Below are positions 19,316 through 28,270 of a DNA stretch of 40,092 bases, piece by piece. The stretch's first letter is position 1. Every line of letters begins with the position of its first letter. Below the pieces are notes generated by a model. That model saw nothing but the letters and a program-made list of their open reading frames with translations. It made no database searches and was not told the DNA's origin. A program made the position numbers and the translations under genes. Source of the stretch: Nitrosopumilus sp. (GTDB lineage: Archaea; Thermoproteota; Nitrososphaeria; Nitrososphaerales; Nitrosopumilaceae); the NCBI GenBank assembly GCA_965218695.1, contig CBDCLR010000005.1, positions 1 through 40,092 of the forward strand. Direction: 5' to 3'.

Positions 19316-22300
19316 CGGACTTTGAGGCTAACCTGAAGCGAATGCAGAGGAAGCTCGGGAATGCGGGGTTCGCCAAGATACGCGAACCGTACGACACCGG
19401 CAGGCTCGCAAGGGAGGTAGCCGTAAGGGACGTAGAAGTAATAGCAAAGAAGGACTACTATACCGTCCTGTACCTTGAGGCCGAATCAAACTGGCGCGGC
19501 ATAGCCACGGACGTCGCAAGGAAGAACGGGAACGAGTGCCTCGTCATCACGCGGTACGGCTCCCATACGATAATGAGTACCCTGAGGGACTACGGCACAC
19601 TGAACCCGAAGCCGCGCCATGTGGTAATTGAGGACGGCGCGGCAAAAAGGTGGTCCATAGACGGCTTCATGAAACTGATAAAGGTACACGGCGGCGACGA
19701 CTCTCTGATGATCGACGGGCGCGTCCAGTCGGCCATGGACGCGTTCTCCGACTACAGGGACGCTCTCGGGCGCTTCGGCGAGAACCTAGACGGAATAATC
19801 GACAGGACGCAAAAGACGGTGGACGAGGCCATAATGGGAAACGCGGCGTACAAGACGATTGCCAAAAAGCTGCTCGGCATGTTCAGGGAGACGATAAGCG
19901 ACGCCATCACGCTGAGCGACATACGGGACATGCTGGTGCAGCACATCCTGACGCACCGCATATTCAGCATGGTGTACGACGTTGAGGCGTTCCAGGGAAC
20001 AAACGCCGTGGCCCGCGAGCTGGAATCACTCAAGGAACTGCTGGGCCTGACCGAGAGCCGTGTGGACTACAGCGACATCGAGGTCATCGCCGAGTCCATC
20101 ACTGGCACCGGGGAGCGGCAGGAGTTCCTCAAGAGGCTGTACGAGACGTTCTATGAACGGTACGATCCCAAGAAGGCCGACAGGGACGGCATAGTGTACA
20201 CGCCGACCGAGGTGGTCGAGTTCATCGTAAAGTCGACCGACCACCTGCTCCGCAAGAACTTTGCACGGAGCCTGTCAGACGAGGAGGTGGTTATCCTCGA
20301 TCCGTTCACGGGAACGGGCACGTTCATCGTCCACGTGCTGGAGCGGATCAGCATGGAGCGGCTTGAGAAAAAGTACGCCGACGAGATGCATGCAAACGAG
20401 ATATCCATACTGCCGTACTACATCGCGGCCCTCAACATCGAGAACGCGTACAGGGAGCGCACCGGCAGGTACAGCGAGTTCGGCAACATATGCTGGATGG
20501 ACACGTTCGAGAGCGGCACAAAAAACTACGAGAAGATGACCGAATACATGGGGTACGAGAACGTCAGGCGGATAGCAGAGCAACAGAAGAGGAGGATAAA
20601 CGTGATAGTCGGGAACCCGCCGTACTCGGCGGGACAAAACGACTTCAACGAGGAGAATCCGAACCTATCGTACCCATACGTGGATGCCAGAATCAAGGAG
20701 ACCTACGCCAAAAAGACAAACTCTGCCAACATCAACTCACTGTATGATTCCTACATACGCGCGTTTCGGTGGGCAAGCGACCGCATAGCGGAATCCGGCA
20801 TCGTGGCATTCGTCACAAACGGCGGGTTCCTGAGGTCGGAGACGGCCTCTGGCGTCAGGGCATACATGCACGAAGAGTTTACCGACGTGTGGTGTTTTGA
20901 CCTGCGCGGCAACCAGAGAACTCAAGGAGAGACATCGAAGCGGGAAGGTGGGAAGATATTCGGCTCCGGCTCCCGCGCCCCTGTGGCAATAACCATACTG
21001 GTCCGAAACCCGAACAAGAAGAAACATGAGATACACTACAGTGACATAGGCGACTACTTCTCAAGAGAACAGAAGCTCAAGGCAATCGGCAATGCAGGCT
21101 CAATACCTGGCCTAAAGGGCTGGGAACCCATCAAGCCTGACGGAAACTACGACTGGTTGGATCAGCGCGATGACACATTTACAGAATACCTTCCGATTGG
21201 GAGTAAGGAGACCAAATCAGGGAAAGGGAAAGAAAATACTATCTTTCGTATGTATTCTCGTGGCATAGAAACAAATCGCGATGCGTGGCTGTACAATTCC
21301 TCTATAGGTGAACTTTCAAAGAACATTAAGAGACACATTAATTACTGCAATTCCCAAGACTTGGAAAACCCCATAATGGATTCTTTGCAAGCTAAATGGT
21401 CGCGTGGTTTGTCCAAGAAGCTGGCCAGACAGAGCTCAAAACTACAATTTAAGAAAAGAAAAATACGAACAGCACTATACAGGCCATTCTTCAAGAAACA
21501 TGTCTATTTTGAAGAAATTTTTATTGAATATCCTAATCACGTGTCCGCATTTTTTCCAAATCCTGGTTCTGATAACATAGTCATCTGTGTTCCGCACAAG
21601 TTTACCGGCAACTTTTCTACACTTATCACGGACACTACACCAGATCTTCACATTATCGCTACTAATCAATGCTTTCCGTTATATACGTATGAGCAGCAAG
21701 GCAAAAGAACAACACAAAAAGAAAACATCACTGACCACGCCCTGAATGAATACAGAATGCATTACCGCGATGACCAAATTTCCAAGACTGACATCTTCTA
21801 CTACGTGTACGGCCTGCTGCACCACCCCGGATACCGCAAAAAGTACACAAACAACCTGTCCAAAGAGCTTCCACACATACCGATGGCGCCGGATTTCTGG
21901 GCCTTCAACAAAGCTGGAAAGACGCTGGCCTACCTGCACTTGGGGTTCTTTAACGAGGACGGGAGGAACAACCGGTATCCGCTTGGCCTGCCAAAGCACA
22001 AACCCGGCAAGCCGGCAAAGTTGGCCTTTGATAAGTACAGGGATCCGGAGACCGGCAGGCAGAGAACCAATTATACGAGGCTCAAGATCAACGGCGTTCT
22101 GGCGTACGACAACATACCAGAGACAAACTACAGGGTAAACGGCCGCACTCCTCTTGAATGTCTGGCAGACAGGTACAGGCTCGCCACCGACAAGGAGAGC
22201 GGCATAACCAACGACCCGTGCGAGAAACTCACAGAGAATGACATGATATCGCTGGTCGAACGGGCCGTTCACGTCGGCGTAAGGTCAGATGAGATTATTG

Positions 22301-22401
22301 GCAACCTGCCTGAGGAGTTTGAGCCTGCCGACTGGGAGCCAAAAAAGACCGGCCTTGACCTGCACATGGATACCGGCGGGACGTCTCAGAGCATGTTATA
22401 G
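19312..22401 (+). CDS. N6-adenine DNA methyltransferase with Type ISP-like C-terminal specificity region
   Basis: GIVYTPTEVV, DPFTGTGTF, GNPPYS, YDSYIRAFRWASDRI, LRGNQRT, YRPF, IFYYVYGLLH, SGITNDP; ATGA overlap with the helicase; no helicase motifs in this chain. Confidence 0.9.
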   Translation: MTDFEANLKRMQRKLGNAGFAKIREPYDTGRLAREVAVRDVEVIAKKDYYTVLYLEAESNWRGIATDVARKNGNECLVITRYGSHTIMSTLRDYGTLNPKPRHVVIEDGAAKRWSIDGFMKLIKVHGGDDSLMIDGRVQSAMDAFSDYRDALGRFGENLDGIIDRTQKTVDEAIMGNAAYKTIAKKLLGMFRETISDAITLSDIRDMLVQHILTHRIFSMVYDVEAFQGTNAVARELESLKELLGLTESRVDYSDIEVIAESITGTGERQEFLKRLYETFYERYDPKKADRDGIVYTPTEVVEFIVKSTDHLLRKNFARSLSDEEVVILDPFTGTGTFIVHVLERISMERLEKKYADEMHANEISILPYYIAALNIENAYRERTGRYSEFGNICWMDTFESGTKNYEKMTEYMGYENVRRIAEQQKRRINVIVGNPPYSAGQNDFNEENPNLSYPYVDARIKETYAKKTNSANINSLYDSYIRAFRWASDRIAESGIVAFVTNGGFLRSETASGVRAYMHEEFTDVWCFDLRGNQRTQGETSKREGGKIFGSGSRAPVAITILVRNPNKKKHEIHYSDIGDYFSREQKLKAIGNAGSIPGLKGWEPIKPDGNYDWLDQRDDTFTEYLPIGSKETKSGKGKENTIFRMYSRGIETNRDAWLYNSSIGELSKNIKRHINYCNSQDLENPIMDSLQAKWSRGLSKKLARQSSKLQFKKRKIRTALYRPFFKKHVYFEEIFIEYPNHVSAFFPNPGSDNIVICVPHKFTGNFSTLITDTTPDLHIIATNQCFPLYTYEQQGKRTTQKENITDHALNEYRMHYRDDQISKTDIFYYVYGLLHHPGYRKKYTNNLSKELPHIPMAPDFWAFNKAGKTLAYLHLGFFNEDGRNNRYPLGLPKHKPGKPAKLAFDKYRDPETGRQRTNYTRLKINGVLAYDNIPETNYRVNGRTPLECLADRYRLATDKESGITNDPCEKLTENDMISLVERAVHVGVRSDEIIGNLPEEFEPADWEPKKTGLDLHMDTGGTSQSML

Positions 22402-22506
22402 AGTCGATATGGAATGGAACCGAATTGCCCTGCCAGTTCAAAGGAGGGCAAGGACATAACCGTAGTAAACCCACAGGCAGAGACAGGGTTTGTGTGCTGG
22501 CACGTG

Positions 22507-22516
22507 TTTTTTTTTT
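22507..22516 (+). terminator. Poly-T tract, possible archaeal terminator
   Basis: T10 run about 105 nt downstream of the MTase stop. Confidence 0.4.
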
Positions 22517-22646
22517 GATTTTGCTTGACAAAAAGCATCCGCCGGCGACTTGTGGCAGGATATACCAACACAGAGGGCTTAACCCACTGAATGACAGGCG
22601 GGATGGCGGCCGGCCGCAGTGTGGGAGGGCGGCCTACAGCGTATGG

Positions 22647-23000
22647 CTAGTTCTCGTGTGGATCATCACCCTCTTCCTCAAATCTTGAATCTGATTCGGC
22701 GTACCATTCATCATAGTCGTCCGGAAAGAGCTCCTTGAACCGCTGCGGATCCTCATGCAGGAGCTCCTGCTTTGCCTCCGGGTTCTCCCGGAGATACTCC
22801 ATGTAGGATTCGTTCTCCTTGCCCAGTTCCCTGAACGAGTCACTATCGGTCTGGCGGCGGCGGTCTGGACGGGTTCGGATATACGGATCCCCTACCTTGA
22901 CGCGTTGCCTGGCAGGGACGGTCTCGAACCCGGCCATCTCTTCGGTGCGGCGCTTGATAACTCGCAATACCTTTCTGAGGTAGGTGCGGTAAGCCCGCAT
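22647..23000 (-). CDS. Hypothetical acidic-tailed protein or C-terminal gene fragment
   Basis: 117 aa with host-like codon usage; lies next to repeat A copy 3, so it may be truncated. Confidence 0.5.
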   Translation of the reverse strand: MRAYRTYLRKVLRVIKRRTEEMAGFETVPARQRVKVGDPYIRTRPDRRRQTDSDSFRELGKENESYMEYLRENPEAKQELLHEDPQRFKELFPDDYDEWYAESDSRFEEEGDDPHEN

Positions 23001-23045
23001 GGCCCTGTCGGTCTCATAGCATTATGAGAAAGCATAATTTCAAGC

Positions 23046-23222
23046 CAATTTCTGATCGCTTGTGATGCCATTATCATACGGGTTTAGGGCCCTGCGGGCC
23101 GTCATATGTGGCCAAATCTGTTGTCTGGATCCAGAGATAAACACCGTATGCCGTGTAAGCCGGGCCCGGCATGGCCGTCCAGCGTCCGCTACGCTGCCAC
23201 GATACGGGCATTCCGGATTGAA
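23046..23222. repeat. Dispersed repeat family A, copy 3
   Basis: ttctgatcgcttgtgatgccattatca and gccgggcccggcatggccgtccag match copy 1. Confidence 0.85.
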
Positions 23223-23540
23223 ACAGTCGACCATCAGCTTGAATTCTGTTGGCCTCTGGAGGTTTGGCATGCGGGACAGTCTGCTTGAGACGGCGGTGCC
23301 TTGGTGGAAGACAATGCTGTGAAACTAACTACGGTGCTTGGAAAAATTTTAAGTCCCGACAACATAAAAGAACCGGTTTGAACAACTAAGGACAACCTCC
23401 ACACTTGCCACAGTATGCAAGAACAGCAAGGAACATTATCCCCAGCATGCCAATCCCCATCCAGTTGACAACTCGCATGACTTTACCCATGGGTGTGGTT
23501 GGCAGAATATGTTAATATAGTCTGTGAGACGCTATTTTTT

Positions 23541-24209
23541 GTGCGCAGTCTGGAAGTGTTGGGAGCAACGGGCTTAAGCGTGGTTCTTGCTCTGTTTGGA
23601 GTTGCAGCTGCTCAAGATCAAGTCGATACTGTGTCACCTTTCATCTACGAACCACAAGATTTCACAGTGTCTGTATTTGATGGTACGTATGGGAGAGTTG
23701 ATTTAGGATATCAGACTGGAATGGGTAACCGTGCATACGATAATGTAGATGGTGAGATATACATACGGTGTTCAGCAGATAACATATTCGGGTCAGGTGG
23801 TATGCCATGGTCTTCTAATACAACTAGCGCAGGAGGTTACAAGTACATGCCAATAGGCACACATGTAGTAACATGCTGGGCCGTAGACTCTGCTGGGAAC
23901 AGAACAGAGGTGTCATTTACGGTAACAGTCTTGATTGACTTAATTCCTGAATGGATTGATAGTATGATTCGAAGCGGATGTAATGCTAACCTACCAGACA
24001 AACAACTTTTGGACGCTCTTACCTACTTGGTAGAAAGTGAGGTTATCGTATTAGATGTGACACCTGTTAGCGGCGATCCGGCTTCATACAAGATGCCTGA
24101 TTGGATTAAGATCACAGTCTGCATATGGTCAACGGGACAGACATCAGATAGTGAGTTTCTAGCTGCCATGAAGTTTCTGATAGAAGAGAATGTTATCAGG
24201 ATAGGCTAA
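23541..24209 (+). CDS. Secreted protein with HYR/Ig-like domain and two thaumarchaeal IPxWI(K)-type C-terminal repeats
   Basis: Signal peptide (LSVVLALFGVAAA), PIGTHVVTCWAVDSAGN...FTVTV, IPEWID...DALTYLV and MPDWIK...W..G..SDSEF..AMKFLI; TTAATATA at 23512-23519 favours GTG 23541. Confidence 0.85.
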   Translation: MRSLEVLGATGLSVVLALFGVAAAQDQVDTVSPFIYEPQDFTVSVFDGTYGRVDLGYQTGMGNRAYDNVDGEIYIRCSADNIFGSGGMPWSSNTTSAGGYKYMPIGTHVVTCWAVDSAGNRTEVSFTVTVLIDLIPEWIDSMIRSGCNANLPDKQLLDALTYLVESEVIVLDVTPVSGDPASYKMPDWIKITVCIWSTGQTSDSEFLAAMKFLIEENVIRIG

Positions 24210-24243
24210 GTCAGCAACACGGCCCTGGTAGATTTTGGTGATC

Positions 24244-24420
24244 TGATCACCTGAATTTAACAGCAGGGTCTGCAGCTCACTTTTGAACAGCATGCGAAAG
24301 CAGATCACAACTTTTGAACAGCAAGACGGCGCCGACAAAAGCTGTGGGAAATAAAATTTGGAGAAGATCTAAAGCTTACTTTTTGAACAGCGGCCTACGG
24401 TGATCACCTAAATTTAACAG
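24244..24420. repeat. Cluster of five short direct repeats ending in AACAG
   Basis: tgatcacct(g/a)aatttaacag at 24244 and 24401; cttttgaacagc at 24280 and 24311; ctttttgaacagc at 24379. Confidence 0.7.
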
Positions 24421-24706
24421 AGCCGCATGTGAGGCGAAATTTTCACTGATCGCCACTCTAGTAGTTTAGAGGGGCCTAACCCATCTTGGTGACGTGCTAT
24501 GGCGGCCTATCGGGGGTAAATAAGATACTGAGCCTGATCGATGGGAGGGAGTTAGGAGCTAAACGTGGTAAGATCTGGAGTCAAGCGACTTGACATGGGT
24601 ATCGACTGTTGGATGAAAAAAGATCAGGCGGCGACTAAGACTGGGCCGCCATCTGATCCTAGTCCCATTCACTTACAGGCCACTCCGCTTTCTACCCTGC
24701 GGCAGG

Positions 24707-25228
24707 TTACTGCTTACTAGCTTCTAGCAATTTTATTTTTCCAGTTTCATTGCTGCAAAAATAAGTGCTAAACTTCAGGGCCATTCTTTCTGTAATGTAT
24801 CTAAGTGTCATTGCCTTGTCGATATGCCTAAAACGTTGGTCGTCATTTACAGTATCAAAGCCATACCAAGTAAATGACTTCCCATTATCTTCAACAACTA
24901 ACATATCCGTAACTCTTGATTTGGGTTCTTCAGGAGTAGTAACGATGGTGACATTCAACGGCTCCATATTATCAATTAAACACGCACATATTTCGTTGTC
25001 GTAAAATTTTCCTTCCATATGACTACAATCTTCATAGTTCTGTCCACAAATAGAACAATTTAATCGTCGTACAGCCAGTTCCGGGCTTAGTCCTCTATGA
25101 CCATCTATAATTATTTGGATGAGTCGTTCGTCATTTGTAAAAATAACTGAGTCTAGATTGTTTTGTGAATTCCACCCCCACAACCATGACCCAAAAACGT
25201 AGGCCTTAATCATCTTTTTCTGTTTCAT
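24707..25228 (-). CDS. Zn-binding protein resembling a phage prohead-protease-like domain
   Basis: GLSPE...CSICGQNYEDCSHMEGKFY...C...NVTIVTTPEEP resembles the S.G...CSICG...CxH..G..Y...C...ExSxVxxPA pattern. Confidence 0.6.
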   Translation of the reverse strand: MKQKKMIKAYVFGSWLWGWNSQNNLDSVIFTNDERLIQIIIDGHRGLSPELAVRRLNCSICGQNYEDCSHMEGKFYDNEICACLIDNMEPLNVTIVTTPEEPKSRVTDMLVVEDNGKSFTWYGFDTVNDDQRFRHIDKAMTLRYITERMALKFSTYFCSNETGKIKLLEASKQ

Positions 25229-25589
25229 TTAGTTTATCACAAGCCTCTTCCGCCGTCATCTCTTCATCAATTTTTACATACTTGCCATTTTTGTCTTTCA
25301 AGAAAACACTGCCCCGATTTTGTGCTTTTGTTAATTCACGTTTTATAGTCAAGGCAGCCACAGTTATTATTGAAAGCTTTGCAATTACATTCAAGATTAA
25401 GACAAATGAATGCACAGCCGCTTCTGACTTTCTATCAATATAATACGAATCTTTTGTAGATACAGACTTGCATCCAGTTTTAATCAGCTGATTGCACATA
25501 TGGTTTATCGCTTCTTCTTTTATTTGTCGTTTATAGGGACGGGATACATTTATTTCAATACGTAATTCAAATTTTTCATGATCATTCAT
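25206..25589 (-). CDS. Small membrane-associated protein, EACC1-like architecture
   Basis: Strand, helix, central hydrophobic segment, basic patch, VFLKDKNGKYVKI hairpin, final helix; overlaps the downstream gene by 23 nt; TATAATTA upstream. Confidence 0.6.
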   Translation of the reverse strand: MNDHEKFELRIEINVSRPYKRQIKEEAINHMCNQLIKTGCKSVSTKDSYYIDRKSEAAVHSFVLILNVIAKLSIITVAALTIKRELTKAQNRGSVFLKDKNGKYVKIDEEMTAEEACDKLNETEKDD

Positions 25590-25637
25590 AATGATTTATT
25601 CTCGCCATCTCATTCTAATTATATGTATCTTTAGATA

Positions 25638-26470
25638 GAACTCTGTTTCCTAATTATGCGGCACACAGGCACCCGCCTGTGCGACTCTGTCTACGTCACT
25701 GCCTCCCCTCCTGTCTTGCTGCCTTCGGGGCCGGTTTTACAGACGGGCACACCACCCTTGGCGTGCCATACCCGTTGTCAATTGCCGTGTCAATCAGGTG
25801 GCTGTACAGCCACACCTTGCCGTATATCTCGGTCTTGACGTTCTCCCACTTTTGTGCGTTCATGCACTCACCGAGGATCCGTTTGAATGTGGAGAAGGCG
25901 ATCTCGACTGCCCACCTGTCGTTGTATCCTGATTCTTTCCGCCATGCCTTCTGGAGCTCCCTCTTTTGCTCGCGCGTAAGATCTGCAAACCCTTGTTCTG
26001 TCTTCTTGTCTATGTGGTCAAAACCGCCAAGCTGCCTGAATTCTGCCTCCTTACGGGGCATGCACCCGTTTGCGTTTCCGACAAAATCAATGCGGACGGG
26101 AATCACCGGGCTGGTTCCACGCTCGTTGCAGTAGCTGCGGATATTCTTGGTATCGTACGCACCGCCAGCTGCGATTCCGGCGTCTGCGAACGTACCCACG
26201 TTTGGCGATTTTTCCGCATTTGCAAAAGCCTGCCCTACCAGCTCCTCAAACTGCGGGGAGTCTCCGCATTTGTCGTCAGTTATGACCACGGCATAGATCT
26301 TCTTGGTCCTGGTGTCTACGCCCACGTGCAGCTTTATGAATCCGCGCCTCGTGCCCCACTTTGCTGTCATCCAGTCACCGCGGTTTGTAGGCTTGAGTCC
26401 GGTGGAGTCAAAGGCAAACAGGCTTATCTCGGTTCTCGTGTTGCCGTCTGAGAACCATGCGGCAGCCGTA
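25638..26470 (-). pseudogene. IS5-family (IS903-like) transposase, 5'-truncated
   Basis: FDSTGLK, RRGFIKLHVGVD, AGGAYD (catalytic D lost from ADGAYD), SGYNDRWAVEIAFSTFKR; stop at 25696; N-terminal domain absent; CTCTGTT end-like sequence near 25641. Confidence 0.88.
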
Positions 26471-26527
26471 TTGCTACTGCCTTTCTCACCATAAATGTTT
26501 TTAGTGGTGTACAAACAAATCACATGT

Positions 26528-26680
26528 GTGGGAAAAGATTCGGATGCGATTCTTGGCATAGTTCTTGGAATTTTAGGAGTAGCTGCCGCGATAAAGGCAT
26601 CAGAAAAACACTGCCGATACTGCCTCAAGAAAGTAGTAAGGGGTACATCACGTTGCCCATTTTGTGGGAATAGTATTTGA
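26528..26680 (+). CDS. Small membrane-anchored zinc-ribbon protein
   Basis: TM helix AILGIVLGILGVAAAI then CRYC...CPFCG; GTG 26528 about 25-30 nt after an AT-rich TATA-like stretch. Confidence 0.7.
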   Translation: MGKDSDAILGIVLGILGVAAAIKASEKHCRYCLKKVVRGTSRCPFCGNSI

Positions 26681-26696
26681 CTTGGAAGGCGTTGAT

Positions 26697-26978
26697 ATGA
26701 AAATCCCTCAAATTGGCTCCCGCAGCCTTATAGCACAAGGCATAACTGGATTGTTAGCGTTGTTTTTATTTATGATAAACTCGGCTTTTGAGCAATTTCT
26801 TCCAGACATGGTGTATTGGAGCACATTTTTGTATGTTTTATTCTCTTTATCTACAATGGTCATACTGGGAATCCAACAAAATAATAGAACTACAGAAATT
26901 GGGAAGAAATGTCATTATTGTGAAGGCCCTATCGAAATTAGCAGATACAAATGTAAAATCTGCAAAAAAGAACAATGA
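26697..26978 (+). CDS. Two-TM protein with C-terminal zinc ribbon
   Basis: Two hydrophobic helices then CHYC...CKIC; starts 16 nt after the previous gene. Confidence 0.75.
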   Translation: MKIPQIGSRSLIAQGITGLLALFLFMINSAFEQFLPDMVYWSTFLYVLFSLSTMVILGIQQNNRTTEIGKKCHYCEGPIEISRYKCKICKKEQ

Positions 26979-27240
26979 ATCAATTGTAACTATATGTGCG
27001 CAGTATTCGAAATAAAAATTTGAGGGTAGACAAGCCCCATTGCCAGACGAGTCAACCCATTTAGATCAACCCGAGACATGAACCCGTGCTGCGGAATACT
27101 CCATTAGTCGTCTTATGTGGCACTTGCTTCTCTACTCACGCTGGCATGTCAGTCTTTGGCTCGTCCTAGCGGCGCTGCAACCGCGCCGTGTCGGCCAGTC
27201 CCGGATTGAACCGTATCGTGTATTGATAGACAGCAATCCG

Positions 27241-27336
27241 AAACCATGTCTGGACAGTTTGTTATCGACCCTCGGGCCAGCCATGGGTAGCGGTATGGCA
27301 TCCGCTGCCGTTAAAATTTTGCATAAGGTCTTACCA
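27241..27336 (-). repeat. Dispersed repeat family C, copy 2 (inverted)
   Basis: Reverse complement tggtaagaccttatgcaaaattttaacggcagcggatgccataccgctacc matches 13128 and 28271. Confidence 0.85.
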
Positions 27337-27340
27337 GAAC

Positions 27341-28189
27341 CTAAATCGTACCTAGTTTAGCTAGTATGATCTTCTGAGCTGCATCTCTTAAAGGCAAAAT
27401 CCAAGAAGGCATGTTTTTCATGCCATCTTCGTGTTTTTTTTCGTCATTTGGGCCTAAATCAATGTGTTTGGTTCTGTTGTTAAACTCGTTCCACTGCTCA
27501 ATTAAGGCTAGATTCTCATTTGTAATTGAAGCAATTTCTTTTGCAAGTTTCTTTCCCATCCTATCTGTCCCATCAGAATTTGTAGCAAGCGCCATCGCGT
27601 TAAATAAATTTTTAAAAATTACACGCCTATCAAAACTAGACACTGCTGACCCATAATTCTCTAATGCTTTTTTAAGTTGGTTAGACTCCCGTGTAGATTT
27701 GGTATCTAAATTCTGAAGTAATATTAAAATTTGTTTAACTTCATTTTCGTTAACGTTTTCCTTGAACGCAAGTTTTAGATTCGCAGAAAAGACATGTGTG
27801 ATAGTAAGATGAGATGTTACTTTATATGAATTGCCTTCTGCTTCAATTTTAGTGCTGGGAAGTTTTTCCGGCTCACGTTTTATTACATTGTCGTCCATAT
27901 TTGCACCATAAGTAAGCATGGCGCCACATTTCATTAGTAGATTAAATGCAAGAAGGACATTAGAAACAAATCCATCAACCTCGCTTCGCTCTCCACTGAC
28001 TAAGCCCAATAATTTGGGACTAGTTATTGCAATGTTATATTGTGATACTGGACCTGTTATTGCCCAGCTCGATAGTGAAATATTTTGAGAATTGCTGATT
28101 GTGATTTCAGCATCAGCCGTTCGATCCGGCAGCGGTGGACTCGAAATAGCATAGACGTAAACCTTGCGAGTAATCTCCTTTATTGCCAT
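27341..28189 (-). CDS. Hypothetical protein with C-terminal ApeA/HEPN-like helical domain
   Basis: 282 aa, AT-rich; LKKALENY..A...D...FKNLFNAM...NNRTKH; TTTATA box about 25 nt upstream. Confidence 0.7.
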   Translation of the reverse strand: MAIKEITRKVYVYAISSPPLPDRTADAEITISNSQNISLSSWAITGPVSQYNIAITSPKLLGLVSGERSEVDGFVSNVLLAFNLLMKCGAMLTYGANMDDNVIKREPEKLPSTKIEAEGNSYKVTSHLTITHVFSANLKLAFKENVNENEVKQILILLQNLDTKSTRESNQLKKALENYGSAVSSFDRRVIFKNLFNAMALATNSDGTDRMGKKLAKEIASITNENLALIEQWNEFNNRTKHIDLGPNDEKKHEDGMKNMPSWILPLRDAAQKIILAKLGTI

Positions 28190-28270
28190 CTGATTTTAAA
28201 AATTCAGACTAGTATAAATTCTTTAATTCATACTATTCCGTAACGTATTGGTGATATGGATTTTCACAGA

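Noticed and set aside
16048-22272. Numerous minus-strand and alternate-frame ORFs over the helicase and MTase
   Set aside because: Fully overlap well-supported genes and have no motifs
16079-22401. DISARM class I
   Set aside because: SNF2, PLD and N6-MTase are present but DrmA and DrmB are absent, and the MTase C-terminus is Type ISP-like
24244-24420. Mini CRISPR array
   Set aside because: Units are 12-20 bp with short irregular gaps, unlike repeat-spacer architecture
26470-26628. N-terminal part of the 310-aa IS5 ORF
   Set aside because: It is antisense read-through of the Zn-ribbon gene and its promoter, not transposase sequence
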